Assembly: GCA_045540115.1 (NCBI GenBank)
Contig: JAZQGR010000066.1
Span: 12,354 to 76,353 of the forward strand
Length of the DNA: 64,000 nt
Reading direction: 5' to 3'
DNA from: Eubacteriales bacterium
Lineage (GTDB): Bacteria; Bacillota; Clostridia; Oscillospirales; CAG-272
The notes under the pieces were generated by a model that ran no database searches, was not told where the DNA came from, and was given only the letters and a program-made list of their open reading frames with translations. Below, one piece after another: positions 57,190-64,000 of the stretch. The position numbers and the translations under genes are program-made. The stretch's first letter is position 1; every line of letters starts with the position of its first letter.

Positions 57190-58092
57190 GTGAATTTGTT
57201 GAAAATAATAACGTCTTCCAAGGATAGATTTGAATTTTTATCAAACAAGGGCCTTTTAAATTGGATGACGGATAGTGAGTATCTGAAAAAGAGATATTAT
57301 TACAAGGTCGGTAGCGCGCTGAATTTGGACAATCCACAAAAATACACTGAGAAACTTCAATGGTTAAAACTTCATGAACGCAACTCAAAATATACTGCTA
57401 TGGTGGATAAGTATGCAGTGCGGGATTACGTATCACAAAAAATCGGTAACGAGTATTTAATACCCTTGCTCGGCGGTCCTTGGAAGAAATTCAGCGAAAT
57501 TGATTTTTCTGAGTTGCCTGATCAGTTTGTGTTAAAATGCACACATGACAGTGGTGGTCTCGTTATTTGTAAAGACAAAAAAACGCTGGATAGAAGGTGC
57601 GCTAAGAAAAAAATAAACAGTTGTTTAAAACGCAATTTTTATCACCTGAATCGGGAGTGGGTGTATAAAGATGTTGTTCCGCAGATTATTGCTGAGCAAT
57701 ACATGGAGGATTCACAAACAAACGAACTACGAGACTATAAGTTTTTTTGTTTCAACGGAGAGCCTAAGGCATTGTTTGTGGCAACGGATCGTCAGACGCC
57801 GGGAGAAGAAGTAAAGTTTGACTTTTTTGATATGGATTATAACCATATTAATGTTAAAAACGGTCATGAAAATGCAAAAACATTTCCGGAAAAACCTTGG
57901 CAGTTTGATTTGATGAAGGATCTGGCAAAAAAGCTGTCGACAGATATTCCTCACGTTCGTGTTGATTTTTATGAAGTTGACGGGAAAGTGTATTTCGGAG
58001 AAATGACGTTCTTCCATTTTAGCGGAATGGTGCCGTTTGATCCAGAGGAATGGGACTATACTTTTGGAAGTTGGATAGAATTGAAAGGTTAG
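57190..58092 (+). CDS. TupA-like ATP-grasp protein
   Basis: EKLQWLK, VDKYAVR, KCTHDSG, DYKFFCFNG, HVRVDFY, GEMTF. Confidence 0.9.
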   Translation: MNLLKIITSSKDRFEFLSNKGLLNWMTDSEYLKKRYYYKVGSALNLDNPQKYTEKLQWLKLHERNSKYTAMVDKYAVRDYVSQKIGNEYLIPLLGGPWKKFSEIDFSELPDQFVLKCTHDSGGLVICKDKKTLDRRCAKKKINSCLKRNFYHLNREWVYKDVVPQIIAEQYMEDSQTNELRDYKFFCFNGEPKALFVATDRQTPGEEVKFDFFDMDYNHINVKNGHENAKTFPEKPWQFDLMKDLAKKLSTDIPHVRVDFYEVDGKVYFGEMTFFHFSGMVPFDPEEWDYTFGSWIELKG

Positions 58093-58104
58093 TCGGAGAA
58101 GTCT

Positions 58105-58413
58105 ATGCTGCCTGTTGAACAACGGATATCTTCAAAAAACAGCTTAAAGAATGGACGTCGTGCGAGTTGTCCAAGTACGGGAGAAGCCGTAATCCTTTTC
58201 TGCTGATTTCCGAGCGTGCTATATTACGTAAGCACGTGATTTTGTTGCGGGAAACAGAGTATCATGTTAACTCCGGTCATAAAATTCGCGGTTGTTAATA
58301 AGGATGTTTTGGAGTCGAATATTGCAGTGGCGGGTGTTCCGCCAAGAAAAATAAGCAATAACGGAAGAAAAACATGGAACAAAATAGAGAAACGTAATAA
58401 TCCTCTATTTTAG
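58105..58413 (+). pseudogene. Remnant of a serine-acetyltransferase-like (LbH) O-acetyltransferase
   Basis: Frameshifted N-terminus ISSK/KQLKEW..LLRETEYH joined to C-terminal AVVNKDV..IAVAGVPPRKI; central hexapeptide repeats absent. Confidence 0.7.
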
Positions 58414-58488
58414 AGTGATGGTATATTTTGATCTTGGAAATTGCAATTATGCTATTGGAATTTGTCTAATGCGTATTAGGAGCGAGAA

Positions 58489-59955
58489 ATGTCTAACAAC
58501 ATAAATCAGAAAATTGGAAGCGCTACCAAGTGGTCTTCCATAACAGAAATTGTCGCAAAACTTATAACTCCTGCGACAAATATGATTCTCGCGCGCCTGC
58601 TGGTTCCAGAGTCGTTTGGCATTGTTGCAACAATCACAATGGTTATAAGCTTCGCGGAGGTTTTTACCGATGCGGGGTTTCAGAAATATATTGTTCAACA
58701 TGAGTTTCCTGATGACGAAACCTTGGACAAAAGCACCAACGTGGCATTTTGGACAAATCTTGGGGTTTCGTTTATAATATGTGGGCTTATATTTTTATTT
58801 AGACATTCAATCGCAGAGCTGGTGGGTAATTCGGGACTTGGCAATTCCATTAGCATTGCATCTGTTCTTATTATTATTGCCGCTTTTTCAAGCATACAGA
58901 TCGCTAGATATCGAAGGGCGCTTGATTTTAAAACATTATTTTTTGTTCGGATAATTACCTCGCTCATGCCGCTTGTTGTGACGGTTCCATTGGCTGTAGT
59001 TTTGCGAAACTATTGGGCGTTATTGATTGGAACGTTCGCAAGCCAGCTTTGTAACGCAATAATTCTTACGGTTCGTTCTAAGTGGAAACCAAAATTTTAC
59101 CACAATATTGAGTTGTTTAAGGAAATGTTCTCATTTACTGCTTGGACATTACTGGAGAGCATATCGATTTGGCTTACGCTAAATATCGGGACGTTTATTG
59201 TGGGGAATCGCTTAAGCGGGCATTATCTTGGAATCTATAAGACCTCTATGTCTACGGTCAATTCATATATGTCTGTTATTACTGCGGCGCTGACACCGGT
59301 CTTGTTTTCAGCATTGTCGCGGTATCAAAACGACGAGGATAATTTCAGAAAAACATACTATAAGTTTCAACGCCTGACTGCGATCTTCGTCATCCCAATG
59401 GGAATTGGGGCGTTCGTCTATCAGGACTTGGTTACGCGAATTCTCTTGGGAAGTCAATGGACGGAAGCTAGTGGATTTATAGGCGTTTGGGGGCTTACAA
59501 GCGCTTTTTCAATAGTTTTTGCGAATTTTTCCAGCGAAGTGTATCGAAGTAAAGGAAACCCCAAAGTCTCTTTAATAATGCAGCTGGTACACTTAGCTTT
59601 TCTAGTTCCGGTGTTAATAATAAGCGCGACATATGGATTTAAAGTACTGTACATGGCGCGTTCTCTTGTGCGCTTGCAGATGATAGCGTGCGCATTGCTG
59701 ATAATGCATGTCATGTATGGTTTTAAAGTGAATCACGTTGTGCGGAACGTTCTTCCCATGATTGCTTCCGGGACGGTGATGGGGGTAGCAGGCTACTTGC
59801 TGAAAATGGCAAGCACCAATGTGGTCTGGCAAGTTATATCAGTGATTCTGTGCATCATGGTTTATTTTGTTGTTCTTTTCGGCGTGTCTTCAAATACAAG
59901 AAGAGATTTTCTTGAATCGAATTTTGGAAGGAGGCTACGGGAAAAGATAAAATAA
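58489..59955 (+). CDS. wzx: Flippase (Wzx/WzxC-like)
   Basis: ILARLLVPESFG, about 12 TMs. Confidence 0.92.
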   Translation: MSNNINQKIGSATKWSSITEIVAKLITPATNMILARLLVPESFGIVATITMVISFAEVFTDAGFQKYIVQHEFPDDETLDKSTNVAFWTNLGVSFIICGLIFLFRHSIAELVGNSGLGNSISIASVLIIIAAFSSIQIARYRRALDFKTLFFVRIITSLMPLVVTVPLAVVLRNYWALLIGTFASQLCNAIILTVRSKWKPKFYHNIELFKEMFSFTAWTLLESISIWLTLNIGTFIVGNRLSGHYLGIYKTSMSTVNSYMSVITAALTPVLFSALSRYQNDEDNFRKTYYKFQRLTAIFVIPMGIGAFVYQDLVTRILLGSQWTEASGFIGVWGLTSAFSIVFANFSSEVYRSKGNPKVSLIMQLVHLAFLVPVLIISATYGFKVLYMARSLVRLQMIACALLIMHVMYGFKVNHVVRNVLPMIASGTVMGVAGYLLKMASTNVVWQVISVILCIMVYFVVLFGVSSNTRRDFLESNFGRRLREKIK

Positions 59956-60047
59956 TGGTGAGCTTTTGAAACATTTTCAAGAAACACTGAACATGCACTG
60001 TTGAGCTTTCTCACGCGATCATTTATTTCAATACTACGAGGAATTAT

Positions 60048-61220
60048 ATGACAGCTTACGAAGCGTTTGAACAAACCTATAAAAAGCCGCCGCAGCATGT
60101 GGCGTTCACGCCGTACCGGGTATGCCCGGTAGGTGCGCACACGGATCATCAGCTGGGGAAGATAACAGGCTTTGCGATTGACAAGGGCATCCACATGGTG
60201 TACGGTCCTAAGCAAAACGGCGTGATCGAAATTCGCTCGTTGCAATTTGAAAAACGTGCGCAGTGGCACGTTTTGTCGACTCCCGAAAAGCCGGAGGGCG
60301 ACTGGGCGGATCATCTTCGCGGTGCGACGATCGCGCTTGCTTCGAGATATCCGCTGAGAACGGGCTTGTGCGCCGTGATTGGCGGGGAGTTGCCAATAGG
60401 CGGACTGTCCTCGTCGGCAGCGGTGATTATTACGTTCCTGTCAGCTCTTTGCAAGCTGAACGGTATAACGGTGTCTCCGCAGGAGATGATCGTGATCTCT
60501 CAGGAGGCGGAGAACAAATACGTTGGCGTCGCTTGCGGGAAGCTCGATCAATCCTGCGAGGTTTACTGCAAAAAAAATCATTTGCTATGTCTTGACACCA
60601 AGGACGGCACCTACGAGCTGATCCCTCAGCCATCCGACATGAAGCCATACAAATTCGCGATATTTTTCAGTGGGATAGAGCGCAGTCTTGCGGGTTCGGC
60701 GTACAATATGCGGGTTGACGAGTGCAAGAGTGCGGCGTATGCATTGAAGGCTTACGCGGGAATGCCGTACGGGAAGCTTGAGGAAACTGTTCTCAGCGAC
60801 GTTCCGAGAGCGGTTTATGAAGAATACAAGCATCTGCTTCCCGAAAATTGGAGAAAGCGCGCCGAGCATTGGTATACTGAGACGGATCGCGTCGAAAAGG
60901 CTGCGGAAGCATGGCGGCGCGGTGATATAGAAGAATATGGGCGCCTTTGCTTCGAGAGCGGACACAGCTCCATTAACAGCTGGGATACAGGCTCGCCTGA
61001 GCTTGTCAAGCTATATGAGATCATGAGAAGTACCGAAGGAATATACGGAGGCAGATTCTCCGGAGCGGGCTTCAAGGGATGCTGCCTCGCGATAATCGAT
61101 CCCGAATATGAGAAAAGCATTATTGAAAACGTGACACGCGAGTATTTGAAAGCCTTTCCGCATTTGGAGGGCAAATATTCCGCCCACGTTTGCGAGAGTG
61201 CTGACGGAGTCAAATTATGA
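60048..61220 (+). CDS. GHMP sugar kinase, galacturonokinase-like
   Basis: PYRVCPVGAHTDHQ, PIGGLSSSAA, CGKLDQ, YNMRVDEC, GGRFSGAGFKGCC. Confidence 0.8.
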   Translation: MTAYEAFEQTYKKPPQHVAFTPYRVCPVGAHTDHQLGKITGFAIDKGIHMVYGPKQNGVIEIRSLQFEKRAQWHVLSTPEKPEGDWADHLRGATIALASRYPLRTGLCAVIGGELPIGGLSSSAAVIITFLSALCKLNGITVSPQEMIVISQEAENKYVGVACGKLDQSCEVYCKKNHLLCLDTKDGTYELIPQPSDMKPYKFAIFFSGIERSLAGSAYNMRVDECKSAAYALKAYAGMPYGKLEETVLSDVPRAVYEEYKHLLPENWRKRAEHWYTETDRVEKAAEAWRRGDIEEYGRLCFESGHSSINSWDTGSPELVKLYEIMRSTEGIYGGRFSGAGFKGCCLAIIDPEYEKSIIENVTREYLKAFPHLEGKYSAHVCESADGVKL

Positions 61221-61954
61221 AATGCTTGATTTTGGCGGCAGGCTACGCTACTCGCCTTTATCCTTTAACGGAAAATTTTCCGAAGCCGCTTTTGACGGTC
61301 GGCGACAAAACGATTCTCGATTGGCTTGTTGACGATATAGATTCAGCAAATGTCATCGACGAATACGTTGTTATATCGAATCACAAGTATGCTCACTGTT
61401 TTGAAGAGTGGGCGAAAACAAAAAAGCAGAAGATCACAGTCGTTGACGACGGCACGAGTACAAACGAAACGCGACTTGGAGCTGTAAAGGACATTCAGTA
61501 TGCTATCGAAAGCCTGAATATCGATGACGATATGCTCGTTATAGCAGGCGACAACGTGCTTGATTTCAGTCTTACGAGGTTTATTGCATACGCGATGAAG
61601 AAAAAGACTTCCTGCGTAATGCGTTATTACGAGCCTGAGTTTAAAAAGCTTCTCAAGACCGGCGTTGTGACGGTCGATGAAAACGACGTTGTCACGAAAA
61701 TGACCGAGAAATCTCCCGAGCCCGAAACACATTGGTGTTGCCCGCCGTTCTATTACTATACGAGCTCCGATTCCAAGCTGATAGCGAAAGCGATCGGAGA
61801 GGGATGCGGCACCGACGCCCCCGGAAGCTTTATAGCGTGGCTCTGCAAGGCGAGCAGGGTGTGTGCTATGGAAATGCCGGGAAAGAGATACGACATCGGC
61901 GACGTTGAGAGCTACGAGAAGGTAAGAGCCGAATATATCGGAATAGTGAAATGA
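61217..61954 (+). CDS. Sugar-1-phosphate nucleotidyltransferase
   Basis: LAAGYATRLYPLT..PKPLL, IAGDN, YDIG; ATGA overlap with the kinase stop. Confidence 0.92.
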   Translation: MKCLILAAGYATRLYPLTENFPKPLLTVGDKTILDWLVDDIDSANVIDEYVVISNHKYAHCFEEWAKTKKQKITVVDDGTSTNETRLGAVKDIQYAIESLNIDDDMLVIAGDNVLDFSLTRFIAYAMKKKTSCVMRYYEPEFKKLLKTGVVTVDENDVVTKMTEKSPEPETHWCCPPFYYYTSSDSKLIAKAIGEGCGTDAPGSFIAWLCKASRVCAMEMPGKRYDIGDVESYEKVRAEYIGIVK

Positions 61955-62016
61955 CTATTCGCCGCCTCATGTGTTCTTCGTTTGAAGAAGCGTAGCGGCT
62001 TGAAAGCGGTGATGGA

Positions 62017-63099
62017 TTGAAAAAAAGCAGACGATTATATATTTGGGGCTACTTTGTGAAGAACCTCGGAGACGACTTGATGCTCAAGGCGGCGATCGAC
62101 CGATATAAAGACCGATACCGAAAGATATATATAATAGGAAACAAGAGTCTCAAGAAATACTATGCTGATTTTGGCGTAAAGGTCGTTGCGCAGGATTCTT
62201 TCTTTTACAGAGTGCTGAATAAAGTATTCAAGACGTTGAAAATGCCGGAGTTGTTTTACTTGCTTTGTGACGGGCGGTCGGACTTTTTGATGCTCGGCGG
62301 CTCGCTTTTTATTGAGCTTGACAACGAGAGGCTTACCGCTATGAAGCTTAAAAACCTCGAATGCGCCGTTAAGCGTTCGCGCAATGCGTTTGTTGTCGGA
62401 AGCAATTTCGGACCGTTTCATTCCGAAGCGTTTTTTGAGGGGTTCGTGCGGATATTCGGCAATTGCAAAGACGTTTGCTTCAGAGACGTGCAATCCTGCG
62501 ATATGTTTGCCGGCAAGTGCAACGTTCGCTATGCCCCCGATACGGTTCTTGGAATGGAGCTCGGGGAAGGTCGTGCGATTTGTGACGGCGATCCCGTTGT
62601 GATCTCTGTGATTAATCTTGAAAACCGTAATAATCTGTCAGAACAGACCGAATGCTATGAGAAGCTAATGGCAAGCGTTGCGGCTTATCACGCGCAAAAG
62701 GGAGACCGTGTGATTCTTGCAAGCTTTTGCGATAATGAGGGAGACTTGGCTGCCTGTGAGCGCATAAGAAATTACTGTGACGAAACGCTCGAGATCGTGT
62801 CGTACGAAAGCCTGAGTGTGCTTGACGTTTTGTCGGGCGCCAATAAGATATACGGCGCAAGATTTCACGCCGTAATGCTTGCGATGCGTTACGGGATCCC
62901 CTGTATGCCGATCGTTTACAGTGCGAAGACCGTGAACGCGCTTCTTTCCTACGGAGTCTCTTTTGACAGCGTGGATATTACAAACCTTTCGGGGTGCTCG
63001 GCAGAGGATCTGACGGAACGTGCGGTAATCGGAAGCATTCCGTCCGACTTGACCGAAAGGGCAAAAAAACAGTTTGAGGTGATGGATCTATGCTGTTGA
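62017..63099 (+). CDS. Polysaccharide pyruvyl transferase
   Basis: NLGDD, GGSLF, NFGPF, FRD, APD, RFHA. Confidence 0.88.
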   Translation: MKKSRRLYIWGYFVKNLGDDLMLKAAIDRYKDRYRKIYIIGNKSLKKYYADFGVKVVAQDSFFYRVLNKVFKTLKMPELFYLLCDGRSDFLMLGGSLFIELDNERLTAMKLKNLECAVKRSRNAFVVGSNFGPFHSEAFFEGFVRIFGNCKDVCFRDVQSCDMFAGKCNVRYAPDTVLGMELGEGRAICDGDPVVISVINLENRNNLSEQTECYEKLMASVAAYHAQKGDRVILASFCDNEGDLAACERIRNYCDETLEIVSYESLSVLDVLSGANKIYGARFHAVMLAMRYGIPCMPIVYSAKTVNALLSYGVSFDSVDITNLSGCSAEDLTERAVIGSIPSDLTERAKKQFEVMDLCC

Positions 63100-63620
63100 G
63101 ATATTTCCGAGAAAAACGATTAAGACAAGAACGGGCACGGTTGACCTGTGGCACGAACGTGTTTATAGACCGATCCGTTCAGATATACGGTCCCGAAAAC
63201 GTGAAGATAGGCAACGATGTTCACATTCAGTTCGGCTGCAGCTTTTTCGTGAGTGCGAAGGACGGCTTGACGATTGGCGACGGATGTGTTTTTGCCCACG
63301 ACGTTCAGATACTGACGCGAAATCACAATTATGACTCTGATGATCTCGAATATATTCCTTACGATAAGCGTCAGATAGATCGACCGGTCGAAATCGGCGA
63401 ATACAGTTGGATAGGTGCGCGCGTAACGATACTTCCGGGTGTGAAGATCGGGCGCGGCGTAGTTGTCGGTGCAGGATCGGTTGTGACAAAGAACGTGCCT
63501 GACTATGCCGTGGTTGGCGGAAACCCCGCAAAAATACTAAAATACAGAAATAAGGAAAAATTTGAGGAGCTTTTGAAAGACGGTAAGGGGTACATAAAGT
63601 GCACTAAAAATTACCGCTGA
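63090..63620 (+). CDS. LbH acyltransferase (O-acetyltransferase)
   Basis: Hexapeptide repeats, WIGARVTILPGV, VGAGSVV, GGNPAK. Confidence 0.92.
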   Translation: MLLRYFREKRLRQERARLTCGTNVFIDRSVQIYGPENVKIGNDVHIQFGCSFFVSAKDGLTIGDGCVFAHDVQILTRNHNYDSDDLEYIPYDKRQIDRPVEIGEYSWIGARVTILPGVKIGRGVVVGAGSVVTKNVPDYAVVGGNPAKILKYRNKEKFEELLKDGKGYIKCTKNYR

Positions 63621-63651
63621 AAGTGTTCCGTGAACAGGAAAGAGGTAAATT

Positions 63652-64000
63652 ATGATAAAAGGACAGCATCATATAGCAATAAACGCGTCTGAGCGCGAGC
63701 GCACGGTCGCGTTCTACCGTGACGTTCTCGGCTTCGAGATCGAGAGCGAGGTAATTCGTCCGCACGACAGAATGATATTTATGTGCGCGCACGGAATAAT
63801 GCTTGAAATATTCATCGATCCGACCTGCCCTCCGAGAGTGACAGAGCCCGAGGCTATGGGACTCCGTCACCTCTGCTTCCACGCGACTGAGCTTGAGAAG
63901 GAGCACGAAAGAGTTAAGGCGCTCGGCTACGAGCCTGAGGACATCAAGCCCCATCCCGGAACGCCCTGCCGTCTTTTCTTCGTAAAGGACCCGGACGGGC
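63652..64000 (+). CDS. VOC/glyoxalase family protein (truncated by window edge; absent from ORF track)
   Basis: AGAGGT RBS; MIKGQHHIAI..FYRDVLG..LEIF..GLRHLCF..FFVKDPDG. Confidence 0.9.
   Translation, partial: MIKGQHHIAINASERERTVAFYRDVLGFEIESEVIRPHDRMIFMCAHGIMLEIFIDPTCPPRVTEPEAMGLRHLCFHATELEKEHERVKALGYEPEDIKPHPGTPCRLFFVKDPDG

Noticed and set aside
63604-63954. Minus-strand ORF 63604..63954
   Set aside because: The real gene is the plus-strand VOC protein starting at 63652

Overview
Chromosomal window from a Clostridia-type Firmicute (inferred from gene content, sigma-A promoters and sortase-type signals). It has about 60 protein-coding genes, mostly on the + strand, and no rRNA, tRNA, CRISPR array or transposase that I can support. 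The left part carries two tandem ABC exporter pairs, an OmpR/HK two-component system, and carbohydrate and housekeeping genes (nagB, GH42 beta-galactosidase, SGNH esterases, galM, efp, malQ). It also has four tandem DUF4091/GH123-like glycosidase paralogs, a ribokinase-AraC fusion with a nucleoside hydrolase, a MarR-GT8 in-frame fusion heading a putative glycolipid operon, and a Gld-type ABC transporter. From 43.6 kb a Wzx/Wzy capsule/EPS locus runs nearly to the end of the window. The best candidate for an undescribed system is a GHMP kinase with plant galacturonokinase-type motifs, coupled to a nucleotidyltransferase inside the capsule locus, which suggests uronic-acid salvage into capsule. 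Intergenic DNA is rich in structure: mosaic REP-like arrays with a ~155 bp period, an identical 40-bp micro-insertion inside two different GTAG-REPs 17 kb apart, a chain of C-GAA-G mini-hairpins, and a five-hairpin element upstream of the epsC/capD-like gene. All family assignments come from motif recognition by eye; no database searches were run.
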